Assembly (NCBI GenBank): GCA_965267475.1
Contig: OZ254079.1
Span: 1,438,209-1,502,208 of the forward strand
DNA: 64,000 bases
From: Paracoccaceae bacterium
GTDB taxonomy: Bacteria; Pseudomonadota; Alphaproteobacteria; Rhodobacterales; Rhodobacteraceae
Direction: 5' to 3'
Made by a program: the position numbers and the translations under genes. The first letter of the stretch is position 1, and the number at the start of each line of letters is the position of its first letter. Positions 1-9,858 of the stretch are shown piece after piece. Under the pieces are notes generated by a model. It saw nothing but the letters and a program-made list of their open reading frames with translations. It searched no databases and was not told the DNA's origin.

Positions 1-647
1 TCCGGTTCCGCCATGCGCTTGACCGGATGAAGCCCGGCGATGAAGGCATGGGTGTCCGGATCGTCGCCCGCCATCGCCGTCTTGGTGCCGCCGGGCAGAA
101 CCGCGTTGATCCGGTGGCCGGTCGCCGCATGGTCGATGGCCAGCGATTTTACCAGACCGAGAAGCCCGGCTTTGGCCGCCGCATAGGCCGCCATGCCCGG
201 CATGCCGCCGTTGCTGACCCCGACAAAGGATCCGGTGAAGACGATTGCGCCCCCCGTAAGCATGGCCGGGATCTGCGCCTTTGCGGCGAAAAAGGCGCTG
301 GTCAGGTTCGTCTCAAGCACCGAGTGCCAGGTGTCGCCTGTCATCTCGGCCACCGGGGACATGTCGCCGACCATGCCCGCATTGTTGAAGGCGCCGTGAA
401 GCGCGCCGAATTCGGTGCGCGCCGTGGTCACCAGCGCCTCTGCATAGTCGGGATCGGTCACGTCGCCGGGATGGGTGACCGCCTGGCCGCCCTGTTGCCG
501 GATATCGCGGGCGATGGCCTCAAGCGCGTCCGCGCGCCGTGCGCCGAGGACGACATGCGCGCCTTCAGCGGCCGCCGCCCGGGCTGCCGCAGCACCGATG
601 CCGCTGCTTGCGCCCGTGATGATCAAAGTTTTGTCTTTCAGGTCCAT
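1..647 (-). CDS. SDR family oxidoreductase (C-terminus runs off the left edge)
   Basis: Reverse-strand reading from the ATG at 647 gives MDLKDKTLIITGASSGIGAAAARAAAAEGAHVVLGARR... It has a TGxxxGIG Rossmann motif and a YAAAK (YxxxK) catalytic motif. It is absent from the ORF track because no stop lies inside the window. Confidence 0.85.
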   Translation of the reverse strand, partial: MDLKDKTLIITGASSGIGAAAARAAAAEGAHVVLGARRADALEAIARDIRQQGGQAVTHPGDVTDPDYAEALVTTARTEFGALHGAFNNAGMVGDMSPVAEMTGDTWHSVLETNLTSAFFAAKAQIPAMLTGGAIVFTGSFVGVSNGGMPGMAAYAAAKAGLLGLVKSLAIDHAATGHRINAVLPGGTKTAMAGDDPDTHAFIAGLHPVKRMAEP

Positions 648-775
648 GCCACATGCCTTTCGCTTAATTGGCTCTGTGGCGGATTGGGCCCGGTCAGGCA
701 GGGGTATCGACCCGTTTCCTGCGGCATGACCCGGACGGGGCGAAAGACCCGCAAGATCCGGGTCGGACGCGCGTG

Positions 776-1012
776 CTAGGGTTTTTGCGTCAGGCGATAG
801 ACGCCTTCAGGCAAATCGAGCGCCGCCGCCAGATCGCGGATCTGCTTGTGGGACAGGGTCACGCGTTGCAGCCGGTCCGTCGTGGGTTCCAACTGCTCTA
901 GCGTCACGCAATCTTCAAATGCATTGATCGTCACGTCTTCTTGGCGGTGCTTGGCCGGATCATCGACCAACGTGATGACGGTTGCGTCGAAGTCGTGCTC
1001 GATCGTGAACAT
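776..1012 (-). CDS. small hypothetical protein (78 aa)
   Basis: Intact ORF with GC3-rich codon usage that fills the gap between flanking genes. No motif recognised. Confidence 0.5.
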   Translation of the reverse strand: MFTIEHDFDATVITLVDDPAKHRQEDVTINAFEDCVTLEQLEPTTDRLQRVTLSHKQIRDLAAALDLPEGVYRLTQKP

Positions 1013-1224
1013 GGCCCGGTCCTCTGGCGGTGGTCTTTTGCAAAACCCTCGCTTGCAGGCGCCGGTTTGGCAAGCAGGCAGCGCCGACGATGACCTTGGC
1101 GACCGTCATGGGTCGTGTCTTCTGGACTGGTCTGTCCGCCTGGAATGCGCGTGTTTGTGCCGGGTTGGGGGTGGTGAAGTTGGGCGGGCTCGCCCTAGAT
1201 TGCAGACAACAGTAAGGAGCAGCC

Positions 1225-1938
1225 ATGTTCAGAGCCCTTCTTTTGACCGCCTCGACCCTGGCCTTGATGGGATGTGAGTTGTCGCTAGATGACGCACCGT
1301 CGAGCCCGCCGCCGCAGCCCACCGTGAATGCCGGTCCGCCGGTCTCGGCCAGCCGCGCCGCGTCGAACTTCCGGACCGTTGTGGCCCGCGTGGAGCCGGT
1401 GGCCGAGCGCATGTGCCGGGCACGGACCGAAGGGGTGAATTGCGACTTCCTGATCTTCATCGATGAAGACGATACGAATTCGCCCAACGCCTTCCAAACG
1501 CTCGACAAGAACGGGCGCCCGGTGATCGGGTTCAATCGGGCCCTGATCGCCGATGCGCGGAACCAGGATGAGCTGGCCTTCATCCTGGGGCATGAGGCGG
1601 CCCATCACATCGAAGGGCATATCGCGACTGCCAATCAGCGCGCGGTTGAAGGGGCGGTCCTGGGTTCGGTCCTGTCCTCGATCCTCGGGGTGGATCCGGC
1701 ATCGGCCGAAACGTTGACCCGGGCATCAGCGGGCGTGAATGCGCGCCGGTTCTCGAAAGGGTTCGAACTGGAAGCCGATCGCACGGGCACGGTCATCGCA
1801 GCCCGGGCAGGGTATGATCCGGTGCGCGGCGCCGCCTTTTTCCAGCGGATCCCGGATCCGGGCGACCGGTTCCTTGGGACCCATCCGCCCAATGCCGAGC
1901 GCATCAACGTTGTCCGCCAGACGGCGGCCCAGCTTTAG
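1225..1938 (+). CDS. M48-family zinc metallopeptidase lipoprotein
   Basis: N-terminal signal with lipobox LALMGC. HEAAHH (HExxH) zinc motif. RBS aaggag lies upstream of the ATG. Confidence 0.8.
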   Translation: MFRALLLTASTLALMGCELSLDDAPSSPPPQPTVNAGPPVSASRAASNFRTVVARVEPVAERMCRARTEGVNCDFLIFIDEDDTNSPNAFQTLDKNGRPVIGFNRALIADARNQDELAFILGHEAAHHIEGHIATANQRAVEGAVLGSVLSSILGVDPASAETLTRASAGVNARRFSKGFELEADRTGTVIAARAGYDPVRGAAFFQRIPDPGDRFLGTHPPNAERINVVRQTAAQL

Positions 1939-2822
1939 GGGGATTGGACCAGCGCCTTGCGGGCGGCTTGCCTGACCGCCTGCGTCAAAGGCTCTAAAGC
2001 GTCGCGCGCAATGCGGCTGACCTGCCAATAGAGCGAGGTATCAAGCGGATGGTCGGGCAACAGCTCGATCAACGCGCCTTGTGCCAATGCGCCCCGCGCC
2101 ATCGGTTCGGGGTTCAGGCCCCAGGCCACCCCGTGCTTCGCGGCCTCAAGAAACCCGGTGACGGAGGGTAGCCGGTGCACCGGCAAGTCGACGTTGTGCC
2201 CGAGGATGCCCGCGACCCAGTCCCTTTGCAGGCGGTCCTTGTCGTTGAAAGCCAGCGCCGGTGCCGCACGAAATGCCTGTTCCGTGCACCCATCTGGAAA
2301 CCAATGCCGCCGAAACTCCGGGCTTGCGACGGCAAGGTATCGGAATGCGCCGAGCGGTGTGACGTCGCAGCCCTGCACGACCTGTGCCTGTGATGTGATG
2401 GCGGCAACCACATCGCCTTCTCGCAGCCGCTGGATCGAGTGGTCCTGGTCATCGATGATAACTTCCACCAGCAGTCCCGTCGCAGCCGCAAGCGTCGGCG
2501 TGAACCAGGCGGCCAAGCTGTCGGCATTCACCACAATTCGGACGGGAAGGCGGTTTGTATCGGCCCCCGAAAGGGCAAGGTCAGCGCGCAGGTCCCGATC
2601 AAGCAACGCAAGCGCGTCGGCATGGCGCCGCACCCGCTGGCCCGCCGGCGTCGCGCGGCAGGGCTGCGCACGGATCACAAGTGTTGTGCCGACCTGATCC
2701 TCAAGCGCCTTGATCCGCTGGCTAATGGCCGACGGCGTCACATGGAGCCGATGGGCTGCCGCGTCGAAACTGCCGCTGATCAACACGGCGCGCAGAGCCT
2801 CTAACTGGGCGTTGTCGAACAT
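1935..2822 (-). CDS. argP: LysR-family transcriptional regulator, ArgP/LysG type
   Basis: N-terminal wHTH LEALRAVLISGSFDAAAHRLHVTPSAISQRIKALE. About 295 aa. Divergent from a LysE/ArgO exporter gene, the classic lysG-lysE arrangement. Confidence 0.85.
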   Translation of the reverse strand: MFDNAQLEALRAVLISGSFDAAAHRLHVTPSAISQRIKALEDQVGTTLVIRAQPCRATPAGQRVRRHADALALLDRDLRADLALSGADTNRLPVRIVVNADSLAAWFTPTLAAATGLLVEVIIDDQDHSIQRLREGDVVAAITSQAQVVQGCDVTPLGAFRYLAVASPEFRRHWFPDGCTEQAFRAAPALAFNDKDRLQRDWVAGILGHNVDLPVHRLPSVTGFLEAAKHGVAWGLNPEPMARGALAQGALIELLPDHPLDTSLYWQVSRIARDALEPLTQAVRQAARKALVQSP

Positions 2823-2844
2823 TAGGAAAACTTAAGTAAGATCA

Positions 2845-2862
2845 TAGGAATTAATTTGCCTA
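2845..2862. promoter_or_regulatory. candidate LysR-type operator (inverted repeat TAGG-N10-CCTA)
   Basis: Perfect 4-bp arms embedded in the AT-rich 83-bp divergent intergenic region between argP and the exporter gene. Assignment is by position only. Confidence 0.3.
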
Positions 2863-2905
2863 ACATAGGCTGCTCGGTCAATCAGGGTGAAAACGAGGGC
2901 ACCCG

Positions 2906-3514
2906 ATGCTTCCCATCCTGTCGACATTTGGAATTGGCTATCTTCTGGGCTTGAGCCTGATCGTCGTGATCGGCGCCCAGAATGCCTTTGTCTTGCGCCA
3001 GGGGCTTCGGCAAGAGCATGTCTTTGCCGTCTGCCTGACTTGCGGCTTTTCCGATGCGCTTCTGATCACGCTGGGTGTCACCGGCTTTGGCGCGGTGGCC
3101 GAGGCCGCGCCCTGGATTGAGCCTGTTCTGAAATGGGGCGGGGCCGCGTTTCTGGCGGTTTACGGGGCCATGAACCTTGTCTCGGCCTATCGTGGGTCCG
3201 AGGGGCTGGCCGCGTCCGGCGCGACCGGAACGCGACTTTCGACCGCGCTTCTGACATGCCTGGCGCTGACTTGGCTGAACCCCCATGTCTATCTGGACAC
3301 GGTGGTCCTTTTGGGGTCGCTTTCGGCCCAGTACAGCCCGACCTGGGCTTTCGGGGCAGGCGCGGCGACGGCCAGTTTCTCATTCTTTTTCGCCTTGGGG
3401 TATGGTGCCAGGATCCTGGCGCCGGTTTTCGCGAAACCCGCCGCATGGCGCCTTCTGGATTTGGGGGTCGGGATCATCATGATCACGATCGCGGTCACAC
3501 TGATCCTGGGTTGA
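2906..3514 (+). CDS. LysE/ArgO family basic amino acid exporter
   Basis: 202-aa polytopic membrane protein with the family-typical N-terminus GIGYLLGLSLIVVIGAQNAFVLRQGL. Paired with the ArgP regulator. Confidence 0.85.
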   Translation: MLPILSTFGIGYLLGLSLIVVIGAQNAFVLRQGLRQEHVFAVCLTCGFSDALLITLGVTGFGAVAEAAPWIEPVLKWGGAAFLAVYGAMNLVSAYRGSEGLAASGATGTRLSTALLTCLALTWLNPHVYLDTVVLLGSLSAQYSPTWAFGAGAATASFSFFFALGYGARILAPVFAKPAAWRLLDLGVGIIMITIAVTLILG

Positions 3515-3533
3515 AGCCCGGGTTCATTTCGGA

Positions 3534-4442
3534 TTGGGTCGCGCCATGGCCCAAAGTGCAAACCGGCCCCTTCTGGGCGTCTTCTGGATGTTCGTCACCG
3601 GGCTTTGCTTTGTCGGCGTGACCGCGGTTGTGAACCATTTGGGCGATGCCCTGCCTGCCGCGCAATCTGCGTTTCTTCGGTTTCTGTTCGGGCTTGTCTT
3701 CCTTGTCCCACTTGCAGGGCAGTTGAAGGGCGTTCGGTTCGGGCCTCATCTTCGGCCCATCGCAGCGCGGAGTGCCGTGCATCTGGTCGGTGTAATCCTG
3801 TGGTTTTACGCCATGGCGCGCGTCACAATGGCCGAAGTCACGGCGATGAACTTCATGGTCCCGGTCTATGTGACGATCGGGGCCGGCCTGTTCCTTGGCG
3901 AGCGGCTGGCGGCGCGCCGGCTGATTGCGGTCGGTCTGGCCCTGATCGGCGCCCTGTTGATCCTGCGTCCGGGATTTCGCGAGCTTTCGCCCGGACACAT
4001 CGCCATGCTGGGCACGTCGCTGATGCTTGCGGCGTCCTATCTTCTGGCGAAATCCCTGACCGAGGCGCTGCCGCCGGCGGCCATCGTGGCGGCGCTGTCG
4101 CTGGCGGTGACCGTTGGGCTTGCGCCGCTGGCCTGGTGGGTCTGGGTTCCGCCAACCCTGGTCGAGATCGGTTGGCTGGTGCTGGTGGCCTTCTTCGCAA
4201 CTGCCGGGCATTACACGATGACGCTTGCCTTCAAGGCGGCACCGGTTTCCGTCACCCAGCCGGTCACATTCTTGCAGCTTCTCTGGTCGGCGCTGTTCGG
4301 CTGGCTGGTCTTTCACGAACCGGTGGATCTGGGCGTCATCGCGGGTGGAACGCTGATCGTGGCGTCGGCGAGTTTCATCAGTTGGCGTGAGGCCACCCTG
4401 CGGCGCAATGCGACACCCCATACAAATGCACCGAAGATCTGA
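3534..4442 (+). CDS. DMT superfamily (EamA-like) transporter
   Basis: About 300 aa and about 10 hydrophobic segments in a duplicated EamA-like architecture. The start could be Met5 (3546). Confidence 0.75.
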   Translation: MGRAMAQSANRPLLGVFWMFVTGLCFVGVTAVVNHLGDALPAAQSAFLRFLFGLVFLVPLAGQLKGVRFGPHLRPIAARSAVHLVGVILWFYAMARVTMAEVTAMNFMVPVYVTIGAGLFLGERLAARRLIAVGLALIGALLILRPGFRELSPGHIAMLGTSLMLAASYLLAKSLTEALPPAAIVAALSLAVTVGLAPLAWWVWVPPTLVEIGWLVLVAFFATAGHYTMTLAFKAAPVSVTQPVTFLQLLWSALFGWLVFHEPVDLGVIAGGTLIVASASFISWREATLRRNATPHTNAPKI

Positions 4443-4481
4443 TCGGGACCAAAGTCTTCAAACAGATTTGGGCGCGCGCCG

Positions 4482-5258
4482 TCACATGCGTCCGAGGAAG
4501 ATGTAAAGCTCGCGCAGCGCATCGCCGTCCCACAACCCCGAATGCTGTCCGCCCGGAACCGCGATCATGCGTTTGTCCTCGGACCCGGCCAGATCGAACA
4601 AGGTCGTGCCGTGTTCGAACGGGACAAGTCGGTCTTCGGTGCCATGCAGGATCAAAAGGGGCAGGGTCACGTCTTTGATCGTCTCTTTCGAGGCCCAGCG
4701 CTGTGTGAACAGCCCGTCGAGATTTTCGGCCGGATATTGAACGGCCACAAGATCGGGGATCGACAGAAACGGCGCTTCAAGCACCACGGCATCCCCGGCC
4801 CCGGCGGCCGCAAGCTTGATAGCCAGAGCCGAGCCCAGGCTTTCGCCATAGATGATCAGGGGTGCGCCGTCGAACCGGGCGGCGATGGCAAGCGCGTCGG
4901 CGGTCAGATGGGTTTCCGATGGGCGGCCGCTGGAACCGCTTGACCCGCGATAGGCCAGCGCGGTGACGCCAAACCCCCGGTCGATCAGGTCCGAGAAGCG
5001 ATCTGTTCGACTGGCCAATGTCCCGGCATTTCCCGGCAGGTACAGGATGGTCGGGCGCGTGCCGGGCGCGGGGGCTTCCCAAAGGATCAGGGTTTCGCCA
5101 TCGGGGGTTTCAATGCGCGTCTCGGACAGCCTTGGCTCACCAGCTTCGGCGGGGCGCGCATAGGTTTGGTCGAACGGATAGACGACGCGGTCTTCGTGGC
5201 GCTCGACAAACCAAGCGACATAGCTGGTGGTCAGCGCGATCAGGGCCAGCTTCAGCAT
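4482..5258 (-). CDS. alpha/beta hydrolase with N-terminal membrane anchor
   Basis: Nucleophile elbow GESLGS, later HGTEDRLVP and GGQHSG (Asp/His region), and an N-terminal TM helix. Confidence 0.75.
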   Translation of the reverse strand: MLKLALIALTTSYVAWFVERHEDRVVYPFDQTYARPAEAGEPRLSETRIETPDGETLILWEAPAPGTRPTILYLPGNAGTLASRTDRFSDLIDRGFGVTALAYRGSSGSSGRPSETHLTADALAIAARFDGAPLIIYGESLGSALAIKLAAAGAGDAVVLEAPFLSIPDLVAVQYPAENLDGLFTQRWASKETIKDVTLPLLILHGTEDRLVPFEHGTTLFDLAGSEDKRMIAVPGGQHSGLWDGDALRELYIFLGRM

Positions 5259-5284
5259 GACGCGAGCTTAGCAAGAATTCCCGC

Positions 5285-6526
5285 TTAGCGAGAACTTTTT
5301 TGTTGTGCGTCCGCGCGGGCAAGCTGAGCTTCCCGCCGAGTGACGTAAACAATTGAAAGAAGGCCAAAAAAGGCGGATGTGAACATGACCGCGACCAGCG
5401 GGGTCGCAGACACCGACAGATCCAGCGCGCCGCCCGTAACGGCCGAAAGGATGGCGCCGCCGCCCACCATGAAGGCGCTTCCCAGGCCCGACGCCGTGCC
5501 CGCCAGATGCGGGCGCACCGACAACATGCCCGCTGAAGCGTTGGGAATGACCAACCCGTTCCCGAGCCCGACCGTCACGCAAAACGCGAAGAACGTGAAA
5601 GCTGTTTGCAGGCCGGCAATCGACAGGATCAGCGACAGGCCCATGCCGAAGGCCGTGATCAACGTGCCGTTCAGCACCATGCGGTTGACACCAATGCGGG
5701 CGGAAAACCGGCCGGACAGGAAGTTCCCCGTGGCATACCCGATCGCCGGGGCGCCGAAGCCGATGCCGGACCAGAAGGCGGACAGGCCAAAGACATCGCG
5801 CGCGACGATGGGTCCGCCGCCGAGAAACGCGAAAAAGGCGCCCGATGCGAAAGCCGCAGCCGCCACGTAGCCCCAGAACCGGCGCGACAGAAGAAGCTCG
5901 GGATACTCGGCCACCTGGTCGCGAAACCGCGCGGATCTGTGCTGCGCCGTCTCGCCAAGATCGGCGAAAGAGATCGCAAAGACGCCGAGGCCGAAGGCGA
6001 TCGTGAAGAGGAAGGTCGATTGCCAGCCGAAGGCTTCCTCCAACGCGCCGCCAATCATCGGGGCGACCATCGGAACAAGGGCCATCCCCATGGTAACATA
6101 GCCGATCTGCGACGCGGCCATGTCTTGCGGGAACATGTCGCGGATGATGGCGCGCGACAACACAAGCCCAACGACCACCGCGCCCTGGATCATGCGGAAC
6201 GCCAGGAAGACCTCGACCGTGGGCGCAAGGACGCAGCCGATGCTTGCGGCAACGAAGATCGCCAGGCAAGTCAGCGTCACCGGGCGGCGCCCGAAGCGGT
6301 CAGAGACCGGGCCAATGATCAACTGCAAAAGTGCGGTGACGCCCAGATAGGCCGAGACGGCAAGCTGGATCACCGCATAATCCGCCCGGAAATGCGTGGC
6401 CATCGAGGGCAACGACGGCAAGAAGACACTCATGTTCATGGCTCCGAGACCGGCCAGCAGAACAAGCGTCGTGATGTGGGGCGGTGTGGTCCGGTTCAGA
6501 TACCGGACGGTCGCGGCATCCGTCAT
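5285..6526 (-). CDS. MFS transporter (Bcr/CflA-like drug efflux type)
   Basis: Twelve TM-like segments and a GPVSDRFGRRPV loop motif. I set the start at MTDAATVRYL (6526) rather than the track start at 6619. Confidence 0.8.
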   Translation of the reverse strand: MTDAATVRYLNRTTPPHITTLVLLAGLGAMNMSVFLPSLPSMATHFRADYAVIQLAVSAYLGVTALLQLIIGPVSDRFGRRPVTLTCLAIFVAASIGCVLAPTVEVFLAFRMIQGAVVVGLVLSRAIIRDMFPQDMAASQIGYVTMGMALVPMVAPMIGGALEEAFGWQSTFLFTIAFGLGVFAISFADLGETAQHRSARFRDQVAEYPELLLSRRFWGYVAAAAFASGAFFAFLGGGPIVARDVFGLSAFWSGIGFGAPAIGYATGNFLSGRFSARIGVNRMVLNGTLITAFGMGLSLILSIAGLQTAFTFFAFCVTVGLGNGLVIPNASAGMLSVRPHLAGTASGLGSAFMVGGGAILSAVTGGALDLSVSATPLVAVMFTSAFFGLLSIVYVTRREAQLARADAQQKSSR

Positions 6527-6737
6527 GGGGCCTGCGCTATCCAGTTTCCGGATCGGTGTCCACGCACGCGCCGCTGTGCGCAGTTGCGGGTTCGCATACG
6601 CGTAACCGCGGGGCCCCAAAATCTTACCTAAGATTTTTGCGCCGCGCCGGGCCGCGGGACTGCGCCCAAGGATGTTTCGCCTTTGCCCCGGCGCGCCGCT
6701 TCGATATCAGATTTGGAAAGGACGAAGGGACCGAACC

Positions 6738-8270
6738 ATGACGGATGTCTTGAGCGAACTCGAAGCCCGGCGTGCGGGCGCCCGTGCGGGTGGCGGCGAG
6801 AAGCGGATCGCGGCGCAACACGCCAAGGGCAAGCTGACGGCACGCGAACGGCTGGAATTGCTTCTGGACGAAGGCAGCTTCGAAGAATTCGACATGTTCG
6901 TGGCCCACCGCACCACCGATTTCGGCATGGACAAGCAGAAGTTTCCGGGCGACGGCGTCGTCACGGGCTGGGGCACGATCAATGGCCGCCAGGTCTATGT
7001 CTTTTCGCAGGATTTCACCGTGCTTGGTGGATCGGTGTCGGAAACCCACGCCCAGAAAATCTGCAAGATCATGGATATGGCCGTGCAGAACGGCGCGCCG
7101 GTCATCGGGTTGAACGATTCCGGCGGCGCGCGGATCCAGGAAGGTGTGGGGTCGCTCGCGGGCTATGCCGAGATCTTTCAGCGCAATATCGAAGCGTCGG
7201 GCGTGATCCCGCAGATCTCCGTGATCATGGGGCCATGCGCGGGGGGCGCTGTCTATTCGCCCGCCATGACCGACTTCATCTTCATGGTGAAGGATTCGTC
7301 ATACATGTTCGTGACCGGGCCCGATGTGGTGAAGACCGTGACCAATGAGGTCGTGACCGCGGAAGAACTGGGCGGTGCGTCAACCCATACCAGGAAATCC
7401 TCGGTCGCTGATGGGGCGTTCGAAAATGACATCGAGGCGCTGGCCGAAGTGCGGCGTCTTTTCGATTTCCTGCCTTTGTCAAACCGCGAAAAGCCGCCGG
7501 TCCGGCCCACATTCGACACGGCCGAGCGGATTGAAAACAGCCTTGATACGCTGATCCCCGCCAATCCGAACCAGCCTTATGATATGAAGGAACTTATCAC
7601 CAAGGTGGCTGACGAAGGAGACTTCTATGAAATTCAGGAAGATTACGCCGGAAACATCGTCACCGGATTTATCCGTCTGGAGGGCTCTACGGTCGGGGTC
7701 GTCGCGAACCAACCGATGGTTCTGGCGGGCGTACTGGACATCGATTCCTCGCGTAAGGCGGCGCGCTTCGTCCGGTTTTGCGATGCCTTTGAAATCCCGA
7801 TCCTGACGCTTGTGGACGTGCCGGGGTTCCTGCCCGGGACGGCGCAGGAGTATGGCGGCGTGATCAAGCACGGGGCGAAACTGCTCTTTGCCTATGGCGA
7901 GGCGACGGTGCCCAAGGTGACCGTGATCACCCGCAAGGCCTATGGCGGGGCCTATGACGTGATGGCGTCGAAACATGTGAAGGCCGACATCAACTATGCC
8001 TGGCCCTCGGCCGAGATCGCGGTGATGGGCGCCAAGGGCGCGACCGAGATCCTGTACCGGTCAGAGCTGGGCGATACCGAAAAGATCGCGGCGCGCACCA
8101 AGGAATACGAAGACAACTTCGCCAACCCGTTCAAGGCAGCCGAGCGCGGCTTCATCGATGAGGTGATCATGCCCCATTCGACCCGGCGTCGCGTGGCCCG
8201 GGCCTTTGCAGCTTTGCGGGGCAAGAAGGCGTCGATGCCCTGGAAGAAGCACGACAATATTCCGTTGTAA
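6738..8270 (+). CDS. pccB: propionyl-CoA carboxylase beta (carboxyltransferase) subunit
   Basis: 510 aa from [52 protein letters not shown], the typical PccB N-terminus. RBS ggacgaaggga. The track start at 6672 is a spurious extension. Confidence 0.93.
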   Translation: MTDVLSELEARRAGARAGGGEKRIAAQHAKGKLTARERLELLLDEGSFEEFDMFVAHRTTDFGMDKQKFPGDGVVTGWGTINGRQVYVFSQDFTVLGGSVSETHAQKICKIMDMAVQNGAPVIGLNDSGGARIQEGVGSLAGYAEIFQRNIEASGVIPQISVIMGPCAGGAVYSPAMTDFIFMVKDSSYMFVTGPDVVKTVTNEVVTAEELGGASTHTRKSSVADGAFENDIEALAEVRRLFDFLPLSNREKPPVRPTFDTAERIENSLDTLIPANPNQPYDMKELITKVADEGDFYEIQEDYAGNIVTGFIRLEGSTVGVVANQPMVLAGVLDIDSSRKAARFVRFCDAFEIPILTLVDVPGFLPGTAQEYGGVIKHGAKLLFAYGEATVPKVTVITRKAYGGAYDVMASKHVKADINYAWPSAEIAVMGAKGATEILYRSELGDTEKIAARTKEYEDNFANPFKAAERGFIDEVIMPHSTRRRVARAFAALRGKKASMPWKKHDNIPL

Positions 8271-8331
8271 GGATCTTTTGTCCGGCACCCGGTGCCAACC
8301 GCGATCCCGTCAATGCCTTAGAGGTTATCAC

Positions 8332-8733
8332 ATGCCTGACTTCCACCTCTTCTCCTCGGGTCCCAGGCCTGTCGCTCCGTTTTCCCATGCTGTCGAAAGC
8401 GACGGCTGGGTGATCCTGACCGGGCAGATGCCAACGGATCCCGAGGCGCCGGACGATCCGCTGCCCGACGGGATCGAGGCGCAGACCCGGCGGGTGATGA
8501 AAAACCTCGAACTGATCCTGGGCGAATTGGACCTTGATCTGTCGCATATCCTGCAATGCCGCTGCTTTCTGACGGCGTTTGAGCGCGACTATGCGGTCTT
8601 CAACGAGACCTACAAATCCTTCTTCCCGGCGGACCGGTTGCCCGCGCGCACCACTGTCGGCGTAACTGCCTTGGCCGTCGGCGCTTTGGTCGAGATTGAT
8701 TGCATCGCGAAACGGCCTGTGGATAACGTGTGA
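8332..8733 (+). CDS. RidA/YjgF family protein
   Basis: About 133 aa: MPDFHLFSSGPRPVAPFSHAVESDGWVILTGQMP...ARTTVGVTALAVGALVEIDCIA, typical RidA-fold termini. The track ORF start at 8206 overlaps pccB and is rejected. Confidence 0.75.
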   Translation: MPDFHLFSSGPRPVAPFSHAVESDGWVILTGQMPTDPEAPDDPLPDGIEAQTRRVMKNLELILGELDLDLSHILQCRCFLTAFERDYAVFNETYKSFFPADRLPARTTVGVTALAVGALVEIDCIAKRPVDNV

Positions 8734-8966
8734 GTAAGATTTGGATTACCTTGAAGTTCCAGCATCTTGCCTGATGCGGGGCTTCGGGCGGGCAATATGT
8801 GTTAAACAGGCACCATTTTGCCAATCTGGTTTGGAAACAATTCCCTTCCGCGAAACCTTTCGCTAGTGTCGCGCCTGGGACCCCTATCCGGGGCCCGAAC
8901 CCCGGACGAGGGGCCAAGGGAGTTTCACTTCCAGGGACTGGCCCTTCCAGACTTTAGGAGACATAG

Positions 8967-9095
8967 ATGTCGAAGAGCATCAAAACCATTCTCGCTGTCG
9001 GCCTTCTCATGGTTGCCGCTGCTTGTGCCCAGGAAGAAGAAGTCGTCTTCGTTGAAGAACCTGTCATGGCTGAAGAGCCAATGGGCAAGTTCTAA
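8967..9095 (+). CDS. small lipoprotein (42 aa), not in ORF track
   Basis: RBS aggag lies 6 nt upstream of the ATG. Product is MSKSIKTILAVGLLMVAAACAQEEEVVFVEEPVMAEEPMGKF, with signal plus lipobox (VAAAC). A strong hairpin follows. Confidence 0.6.
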   Translation: MSKSIKTILAVGLLMVAAACAQEEEVVFVEEPVMAEEPMGKF

Positions 9096-9102
9096 GACTT
9101 CT

Positions 9103-9131
9103 GGCCGGTTGCGCGCCTTGCGCGACCGGCC
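9103..9131 (+). terminator. 12-bp GC-rich hairpin after the small lipoprotein gene
   Basis: ggccggttgcgc-gcctt-gcgcgaccggcc, with 12 pairs including one G-U. No U-tract, so terminator function is inferred from position only. Confidence 0.45.
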
Positions 9132-9161
9132 AATCGCCTGCCCGTATCGGGGGGTAAGGCA

Positions 9162-9515
9162 TTGATAAAACACCGCGGATTTCCAGGCCGCCTTCCCGGT
9201 ACCGACTTTCAATTCACAATCCGACGCGCCAATCCCAAAGGGGTCACCCCTTTGAAATCACGGCTGCGTCATCCGGACCGGAAGCCCCAGGACAAGGCTG
9301 CCGACGCCGCCTTCATGGCCGCGCTTTGGGACCACTTCGGAGAGGCCCCGTTCGAAAGGGGCAATCTGGACGCCGGTCGGTTGAGCTGGCTGTTCGGTCG
9401 TGAGGTCATCCCCGCGGAAGATCCTTTCGATGCCGCCAGTTACGATGCCCTTCTGAGAATCGACCCATCCACCGTCGAGATCAGCTTCCCCGGGCTCATG
9501 GACCGCGATTCATAG
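9162..9515 (+). CDS. hypothetical protein (start uncertain)
   Basis: The 3' two-thirds has GC3-rich coding-like codons. The 5' part contains an 8-bp hairpin (caaagggg-tca-cccctttg, 9236-9254), so the true start may be an internal Met. Confidence 0.35.
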   Translation: MIKHRGFPGRLPGTDFQFTIRRANPKGVTPLKSRLRHPDRKPQDKAADAAFMAALWDHFGEAPFERGNLDAGRLSWLFGREVIPAEDPFDAASYDALLRIDPSTVEISFPGLMDRDS

Positions 9516-9688
9516 GCAAGTTTCCGCCGAAAATCGTGAAATTCTGGCGATTTACGGCGCAATCTTCGTGTCAGTTCAACGAACTGTTTCATTTGGAAAT
9601 GATTCTCGACAGATTGTTTCGCAGGGTGGTGATCTCCAGCAAGCTCGCTGCCCAAATAAAAGTCATAACCGTTACCCTTCCCCTTCTC

Positions 9689-9727
9689 GCGGCCTGATCT
9701 CAGCAGGATCAGGCCGCACTTTATTTG
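9689..9727 (+). terminator. rho-independent terminator
   Basis: Perfect 11-bp stem gcggcctgatc / gatcaggccgc with a 7-nt loop, followed by actttatttg. Confidence 0.7.
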
Positions 9728-9858
9728 TGGGTCCGCCTGACCCCGGTCGGCGGAGGATCGCCGAATCGTTGCAATTCGCGGCGCTGCCTTTGGCGTCCCC
9801 GGTCCGGCGCGTCTATCTAAACGCGGGGCAACGACCCACAAAGGTACGGGCAGATATC

